NCBI GenBank assembly: GCA_965644315.1
Contig: CBFFRQ010000061.1
Coordinates: 1 to 64,000 of the forward strand
DNA length: 64,000 bases
DNA from: Caecitellus pseudoparvulus
Lineage: Eukaryota > Protista > Bigyra: Bicosoecida
Direction: 5' to 3'
The first letter of the stretch is position 1; every line of letters begins with the position of its first letter. The notes beneath the pieces are model-generated. The model was given only the letters and a program-made list of their open reading frames with translations. It was not told where the DNA came from and searched no databases. The translations under genes were made by a program, and so were the position numbers. Positions 31,609 to 40,600 of this stretch are shown here, piece after piece.

Positions 31609-34600
31609 TCAACGCTCAGCGTCGCTGGCTGAGCGCTCATCGCCCGAGAGTGCCCAGCCGCCGTTCACGCGCCTGGCGCCGGCCATGCTCACTCGCCTCG
31701 CCGACACCCCCTTCCTCAGTGCCCGTGCGGCCTTTGAAGGGCCATGGCCGAATGTGCCCCGAGCAGGCGTCTCCCCACTGGCCGGCAGGGTGCCCGGGCT
31801 CAGCACTGGTCTGCCGCTGGTCCCGCCAGCAGACGGCACCGAAGACACGGCACGCCGGGCAGGTGGTAGGTCTGTCGCCCCGTCACTTGGCAGGCTTCGG
31901 CGGGCACGAGTGGGCCGCAAACTGAGAGTTTGGTCGCCGCCTGCAGGTGACAGAGGCGGGGAGCTCTTCGCCCACGGCAGCGCCAGGGGTGTGCTGCCGA
32001 CGGAGTCGGAGTCAGGCAGGAAGGGGTGGCGTGTGTGGCCCACACTGCCCCGGCTACTGCGTGTGGCTGGTTCAGACGCCGCCAGGTCGATGGGGGAGTG
32101 CTGGCTGGTTATGGACAGGCGAGCCAGGAGTGTGCCCGGAGCCTGGCCTGAGCTGGGCGTGCCACCCGACGCTGTGGAACGGAAGCTGCTCACGCGTGCC
32201 GCAGGGGCGGCTGCACTGGTCTGCACTGGAGGGAGCTCCAAGTAGCCATCCACAGCGCTGCGTGAGGGTGCTGGGGCAGGGGATGGGGTTGGGGCTGGGG
32301 AGGGCGACACATCCACCTGAGCAGTCGACCTGCCGCCGGTTGGAGGTGTGTCTGCAGGCGATGTCCCCGTGTCAGGCAGCCTGGAGGCGCGTTTGCGAGC
32401 CAGGAGCGGGTTTTCGATGACTTGTGTCGCAGACGCGACGCTGGGCCGGGCAGAGGCGACGGAGGGGCGGGCGCCGAGTGCCCGCCGTTTGCGGTCGTGA
32501 GGCCCATCCTCAGGCACTGCGGGGAGGGCGCCGCCCCACGCGCCTCGGGGGCTGCCGCTGCCTGAGGGACTGCGACGCATGGCACCAGCCTGGGCCAGTG
32601 GGGATGCGATGGTCACACTGCCCTTCGAATTTGAGGGCGGGGCAGGGGGTGGCGTCCGTGCCGTGGGAGGGGGCGGCGGCGCCCTGCTGCTGTTGCTGGA
32701 GACAGAGCTGGAGCTGCGCACGGAGGAACGCCCCCCCCCGCCAGACTTGGCCTGCCCCCGTGCACGTTCATGCCCAGTGGTGGGCCGGTGTGCAGCTTGC
32801 GCCCCCCCTCCGCCGGCGGCGGCACCCCCCCTCCGGAACAGCAGCTGGGACATGCGCCGTGAAACGCGCCGCGCGACACGAGGCACGCCGCCCAGACAAC
32901 ACTCCTTGCACGATCTGCAGCACGACCTGCCGCGCGATGCGTCATCGGACTTCGACCTGCAGCAGCAGCAGCAGCTCGAGACGGCCACAAACAACACCCT
33001 GTAAATCGCCAGGAAGTGGATGTACGGCAGCATGAGCAGCAGGGCGGTCAGGGTGAGCGTCACGAGGAGGGCCCACCGCACGGCAGCAGCCCACACTACA
33101 CGACTACCGGGCGTGTCCAGCGTGCCTGTTCCGGCACTGCTGGTGAGGGAGGTGTTGGCGTCGCGCATGACGAGGTTCAGGTAAATGTTGCCCAGCACCA
33201 GGGACAGCACAGTGCTGGTGAGGCCCATCTCCATGCGAAAATTGGAGCTGGAGCGCCCCACGACGTTGTACGCGTCTCGGCAGGAACACCGCTGGTACCA
33301 AGGCTTGACGGAGTCCGCCAGCTGCCCCCGCATGCCAGCCGGCAGCTTCTTCATCCACCCTGGCGTGTCTGTCTCTGCGCTGCCCCCTGTCGCCGCGGTC
33401 AACCCGCTGGCGGCTGTCAACACCGACAGGGAAGTTGAAGCAGTGTCGGAGCGGTCCCGGGTGCTGGAGCCGGCCGCAGACAGCAGGCGGCGCACCGAGC
33501 GAGACGCAGAGCGAGTGCGGGAGCTGGGCGCCTCCCGCCGAGGGGCAGAGGAGGCATCCCCACCCCCCAGAGCAGCGTGAAGCTTGGTCTGCTGCACGGC
33601 AGCAAGCGCCCGGCGCCGAGCACGCTCGGTGCCACCCGTCGGCACTTCCACGAAGGGGCGCAGGTACGAGATGGCAGACACCATGATGGAGATGAGGAAC
33701 ACAAGTAGCAGCGACCGCAGGCCCACCAGCTGCAGCACGCCAGGCGTGGTGGAGGTGAACACGCCCCGCTCCACTGAGCGCAGGAGGTCGGCCGAGATGG
33801 TGTTGCCCACTAGCACCGTCTCGAAGTTCACTGTGGTCGCGACCACTGCGATGAGCGCCTTCCACAGCAGCGTGATGCCGCCCCAGTACCAGGCAGCCCC
33901 TGGCGTGTAGTGGCGGTAGAAGAAGCCCCACCGCACACGCACAGCGGTGACATCCTCCAGCTGCTGCATGACGCTCTCCCACGCGGCAAAGAGGAAATCC
34001 AACTCCACCTCGTCCATGGCAGTGCGCAGGGCTGCCTCCCCACTGCCGGCCCCATGCGAGGGGCTCCCAGGCGGCTGCCGCACTCCCCCCCCGGGCAGGT
34101 CTGAGGGCATGCGCCCCGCTGATTGCTCCACTTCCAGCACGTTGCGCCGTGGGGAGCCGCCTGCGTGGAGCCGCGGCGAGCTGGGGCCGCCTTGGCTTGG
34201 CATGCTATGCTGCGGCACCCCTGAGAAGGATGGGCGCCGCATATGCCCCGCCCGATCAGCCCGTGAGGCAATGGGCACAGCCTTGGACTCGGGTGCAGGC
34301 TCAGGCTGCGGTGGGGCACCCCGGGGGCTCAGGCGCAGGGCACGGGAGGACTCGGCTCGCAGCAGGCTCTGGCGCTTCATGCGAGCAAGAGCTGTGCCGC
34401 TTGAGCCAGTAGTGCCAGAGCCCGCTGCAGAGCCAGTGTCGGCCTTACCACCCGCGCTGCTCCCGCCGTCCAGTGCGAGACCTCGTACAGACGAGCCCAA
34501 CTCGCGGAGCATGTTGGTGCCTGCGGGGCCAGCCTTATCCAGCACCTGTAGCAGACTAGCACGCCGCTGCAGGCTGGCGCGTCGGGACTGCCGTCGGGTT

Positions 34601-37600
34601 TTTGCCGCTTCTGAGCTGCGGGCAGTGCTGACGGAGTCTGCCCACATGACACCCTTCAGGTCTGGCGTGCTGCTAACACGCCGAGTGCGGGGTGCAGACG
34701 TCGTCTGGCTCCTGCGCCGTGGTGCTGGAGCTTCATCCCGGCTCGTTGACGACCCTGATCGTCGTTTGCGCCGCCCGCTGGCACTGCCCCCGCGGCTGTC
34801 TGCTCGGCTCACAGACGTGGCCGATCGTCGCTTGCGGGGCCCGCCAAGGTCCACACTGCCCGCATCTGCATCTGAGCCGCCAGATGCCTCGTCCTGTGAC
34901 GGCATGCCGTCCCAGTGGCCGTCTGAGCGGGAGCGGATGCGACGGGCGGGGTCCGGCTGCGGCAGCCCAGCCTGAGCTGCGGGCAGCACCATGTCCGCGG
35001 TGGAGGGGGACAGGGAAGGCGTGTGCATGGGCCCCACATCAGCTGTGCCTTGGCCGGAGACGAGGGAAGTGCCACAGTCAGGTGGTGAGGCGGTCTCTTG
35101 CACACGCGGCGCCGGTGCTCCAGTCATTGAGGGGCGTGCGAACACAGAGTGCGAGCGGCCGGAGGGGCCTGAGCCCTCTACACCGCTTGACCGGGGGCCA
35201 GGGCCAGACACCGACACGCTGCGCACAGTGCTCCGTGCCTGGGCTAGGGGGTTTGGCACACTGTCCCCGCCATCCCGCTGGGTGTGGGAGGGCGGCTGCG
35301 TCTGCCCCGGCTGCAGCATGCCCAGCCCCTCAAGCAGCCTGCGAGTGTCTGCAGCGCTGGTGCTGCCGAGCAAGTCCGCCACCAGAGCGCCTTGCCCCAT
35401 TTTGGCTGCAAAGACATCGCTGTGAGAGGTCAGCATGCTGCTGCGGTGACGCCTGTGCCCCCTACGGTGTCGGGGACTGCCGCTGTCGGGGGTTCTCCCG
35501 CTCCCCACCCGCTTCATGCTTCGATGGCTGCTTGACATCATGCTGCGTGCGCTGCCCTTGCTGGAGGGGTGACCCCTGTGCCTGGGACTGCCGAGGGTGC
35601 TGGAATCCCCCGAGTCATCTGGGTCCGACTCAATCCAGGTGTCAACATCCCCCGCATCTAGCTCCCACGCCGTGGCGGAGCCCTCCATGTCCCCATCGGA
35701 TCCCGGGTGCGCGTGCTTAGAGGCAGCGCGGTTGCGCTGCACAAGGGTGCTGTGGCGGCGCCACTGCTGCTGAGCCTCGCGCACGATCTGCAGCGCATCC
35801 AGGCGCCGCTTCACGACCCGAGCAACGTACTCCACGCCATCCTGCAGCGCGTCTCGCTCAGAGCCAGGCAGGGCTTGCACCGCCGAAATGACGTCGTACA
35901 GCGTCACATCAAAGTACGCAAACCCATCAGCAGCCGCTTTGCCATCGCCTCGCGGCGACTTGCCGCTCCAACGAGTGTACGCATCGCCGAAGCCAGGCAC
36001 CCGGCCAGTGGGCAAGTTCCCCTGCCTGCTCCCGTCTCGCATGTACTCCAGCACGTCCAGGACATCGTCGATGAACGCTGCTGGAACTGCGCTGACGATG
36101 CAGGCAGCTCGAAGGGCGGCTCGGCTCAAGGCAGCGTCAGACATGCCGCCGCTTGCACTTGAGTGTGGCTGCTTCGCCTGCAGGACTCCGCTGGAGCCCA
36201 GAATCTTCGAGGCACGATGGAAGCCCTTTTGCTCCAGCATGGACCCCCGAGCGGGGCGGGAGGAGCTGAACTGGGTGCTGCCCAGCTGCCGCTTGGCTTT
36301 CAGGGGGCCTGACGTGTGCAGGTGGGGGCTGCTGGCGCTGATGGAGCCAGACATGCTGGCAGCCACCCACATGCTGCGACGCCGGATAGAGGGGCGGTTA
36401 GTTTGCTGCCCTGAGCCGAACTTGGCCTTCATGCGGGCTGCTGCTTCGTCCACTGCCGAGGCGGGCGGCTCGGGCTCCTCCTGAGCGGGGTCCTGGCTCA
36501 GGGGCACGTTCAGCATGACCTCCACCATGGCGTGGAACACCTCAGGCCGCAAGACATCCTCCCGGTTCAGCGACCCCGGCGCCACTGCCAGACGCTGCAT
36601 GACGGCGCGCAGCAGCGCCAGCACGCGCTCCAGCGGCACAGTGTTGGGCGTCAGGGACTCATCCACAGTTCCAGCGGCCAGCGGGTCCAGCATGTACAGC
36701 GACCGCCGCAGGCTGTACAGCAGCACCATGACGACCAGCGGGAAGCCGATGACGTATACGCCCAGTGCAGCCAGGCTCCAGACACTCAGGCGCTCGTACA
36801 GCTCCGAGTCGCACGAGACGGTGGCTGCAGCAGACAGCATAGGCAGCCCTCTGCCTGCGCCATCAGGCACCAACACACACACAAAGGAAGACAGTAACGT
36901 GACGACAACGGACGGGTACACGACGTACAGCCCAATGACTGTGATAAGCAGAGTGGCATCCACGGCCTGCGCCCACGGGGACCGAGGCCACAGCACAACC
37001 GTTGCCTGGGCACGTGGGTGGCTGGGCTGGCGAGGCACGCCAGCCACGGCCATGCGCTCGCCCTCCTGCACAGCCTCGCTCTGCCCCGCATACCGCGTCA
37101 GAGCTACGGAGGTGGAGCTGCGGCGGCTTGGCTGCGCCGCTGGCACGCGCCGGCTCCGTAGCCATGCCGCCCCGCCAGCCGCCTGCGGGGAGGGGGCAGG
37201 CACATTATCCCGAGCACAGCATGACAGCAACTCGCTGCTCCGGGCGAAGAAGCACGTGCAGCACACACCCAGGCGCCTGCAGCAGTACATGCACCGCAGG
37301 CCCAGGAGCTGACAGCGGCGGCGCACGTGAAAGGCACAGTCTCCAGCGACGACGCTGGGCCCACCCCGCACCACGACACAGGCTGCCGCCAGGCCCAAAC
37401 ACCCAGCCAGGATGGCCAGACCTGCGGGCAGCAGCGTCGTCAGTCGAATTATGGCTTCCCTAAGCCAAGACGGGCCAAAGCCCTGCTCCAACAGGCAGGA
37501 TGGTCCGATGCTCGTGACGAGGCCGGAGACGAGCGTCGCCAGCTCGCTCACGCCAGCCAGCTGCATGACATCGTTCTCCACCCGTAAATCGGCAGAGGAG

Positions 37601-40600
37601 CTGACAGAGGCAGAGCCGTCGTCCCCGCTCACGTCTACGTCTGCAGTGACATTCAGCAAGGCGGCGGGAATGAAGCCGACGTCAGTTGCAGGACTGGAGT
37701 CCATGTCGCCCAGTGCTGTCACCGAGTGGTGGGACGACTTGGCCTTTGTCATGCCAGACACGACCAGCACTGACAGGGCGAGGCCCTGCACTTGAAGCCA
37801 ATCTACAAAGAGTCGCCAAGCCACTTGCCGCCGCATGGCCTGTCGGGATGGAATGTCAATGGCAGTCAGCGTCAGCAGGAAGATGGACAGGAACAGAATC
37901 ACGACGGCCGCAACGGCGCCGAGGATTTGCAGAGGGAGCGGTGCACACTTCGTGCAGTTTCCTTGCCCGTCATCTGTGAAGCCGGGTGCGCACGAATCGC
38001 ACAGGGGCCCGTCGGCGTCATCGGCACACAGCGGCTGCACTTGCAGAGTCATGCGCAGCGGTGCACCAGCACTGGACAGAGCCCGCCTTGTGGTCGCAAG
38101 GCTGGTCACACTCGTCTTGACACGGGCGTTCACCCAGCGCACTCCGTTGAACTCCCACGTGGACACACCAGACAATGGTGCCTCCGAGCCTCGCGCCCGC
38201 AAAAACGTGCCACCGGCTTGCAGTGCCCCTGAGACGTTCAGAGCTACAGACGATGGCAGCAGACTGCTGGCTGGGAGCGCTCCGGGCACGGCCGCGTACA
38301 CGCGCAGCACTGCTCGGATCATCGCTGCCATGTCTGCTGTGTACTGAGTCGTTTCGTCACATACAGGCAGGCGTTCCGCGATGGCCGTGCCAGCTAAATC
38401 TGCAGTAGGCAGTCGGCACACGGGCACCGGCGCAGCAGCACCAGGGCAGCTGTCAATGTTCCGGCAGGCCACCACAGCACAGGCGCCTGCATGCATGCGG
38501 AAGAAGCCAGGCTCTGTGACCAAGCTGCTCACTGCCTGCCCTGCGATGGGTCTGTTCGCAGCTGCCGTGTTCAGTGGCTGTGCCCCAACGGGGAAAGGGA
38601 CACACCGCCCATTCACGTCCGCACTGCTGGCTGCCGTCTCAGGGCAAGTGTACACGCCGCCGTACTCGGCCTTGAGCACGGCTGCAGTGCGATCTGATGG
38701 CTCGGGTGGCAGCATGACCACCTGCAGAGCCGAGAACGAGCACGTGACACCGGGGGTCACGAAGCCAGCCGAGAGGCCACAATCTGCTGCCCCGCCGCCG
38801 ACAGGTGTGACGACCACATCAGTGCGGGAAGCAAGCTCGGGCGCACGCGACGTGCTGTTCCATACAGCCTGCGCTGACTCAAAGAACACTGCCGGGCACA
38901 GGCACTGGTCCAGGCTCGTGGCGCCGGTGAGCCCCACAGTGGTCAAACGTGCCCCGCTCAGCATGGAGGGGCACGGTGTGCAGGCCTCGCTGCCGAACGT
39001 CGGTTTATACGTATCCTCAGGGCATGCGGCGCAAATGCTCGCATCGCCTGCTGTCTCGGCACGCGAGGTGCCTGGCGGACACGCTGTGAGCTGCACCGCC
39101 CCAGCGTTGGCCGTGATGCCCACTGCCACGGACGTCGCCGACACTGGCGAGCCAGAAGCGTCCACACGAACGTTGAGTGTTGCAAAGGTGACAGCTGCGC
39201 GGGAGTGGTCCAGGGGGTCCACAGTCACGATGCCAGTCACACCGTCTGGGCCGGAAGGTGCCGTGACGCGGCGCATCAGTGCCGCCGAAGGCACTGGCAG
39301 CGCCTGGAAGTCGCGCAGGAGGCCCGCGACAACGGACGCGTGCAGCAGCACAGCGTCGTGCATGTACGAGTCGGTGGCAGACACTAGCCCCTCAGCCAGG
39401 GGGTCGGAGCTGCCCTCCAGCCGGCTGGCCAGGCTAGCACACGCGGTGGCCAGAACAGCTTGCAGGGAAGCGGGGGTCGGCCGTCCTGGCAGCTGCTCAA
39501 AGGCGAGCCCTGGCAGGGAGCCCCCGCTAGCTGCGCATGCCTTGGCTTCCGCGAGCATATCGGCCTGGAAGGTCGCCAGTCCCTCCAGCCCCTCAGCCGG
39601 GGAGCGCGACACGCCCAAGCTGCCGTCCAGCAGCTCAGCCGCGGCCGGCACTTGCTGCACTATGGCATCCACTCGCTGGGCCACAGAGTCGGTGGAAACC
39701 CACACGTAGCCCGCGTCAGCAGTCAGCCCTGCGATCTGCCCGGCTTCCAGCACCACCAGGGCGTCCGAGGAAGTTGTGCACAGCACGAGGACGCGCGCCC
39801 CTGACTGGGCGAGTGGGGACAGCAGCCGGTTCGCGACATCCGCCGCAGCGGCTGTAAAGGCCGCGCTTGGGTTGTTCGAAGTGAGGTAGTCCCGCACCAA
39901 GCTGGCGGGGATCATGGTTGGGTCGGCAGGGACGAGGGCTTGCCCTGCGCCGGCCATGCTGGCGGCGATGCTGGCCACCAGCTGCTCTGAGTATGCATCT
40001 CCAGTCACGCCAATGAGGGACGCATGTCGCCACCCAAGCTGCTCCAGTACCGCCGATAGTGATGCTGCCTGCTCAGTGTCTGCGGGCACGACGCGAGCAA
40101 AGTTGGGGAAAGCCGACGCGCCAGATACTACCTCGCTCAACTCCGGCGCAGAAGCTGAACCAGACAGCAGCACTGTGCCGGGTGCTGCTGCATCCCCTGC
40201 GATGCGCGCGCGCAACCACGGCTCCACTTCCAGAGCCACTGTGCTGTACCGGACACCAATTATTGCAGGGGTGGGAGCTGCCTGGCTCTGGCCTGCTCCC
40301 GGCCCATGCAGGTTCCACCAGCTGTCGAGCAGGCTTATAACGGCGGAGGGATCCTTGCCTGCAGCAGTGGCAGCGCCCCCGACGTCCAGGGCCTTCAGCG
40401 ACAGGCGTGTGTGGCCGGGCAAGCTGGCATTCAGGGACAGCACGTCGGGAAACTGTGCGACAGCGGTGCGCAGTCCGACAAACCCAGCCAGCAGCCTCGA
40501 AACTTCAGTGCTGATTTCAGACGCAGAGGAAATGCGCGTGAGGAACAAGGCACACACCTCAGGCGGGGTGACGTACGCCGCAGAGCCGTCCGGGGGAAGC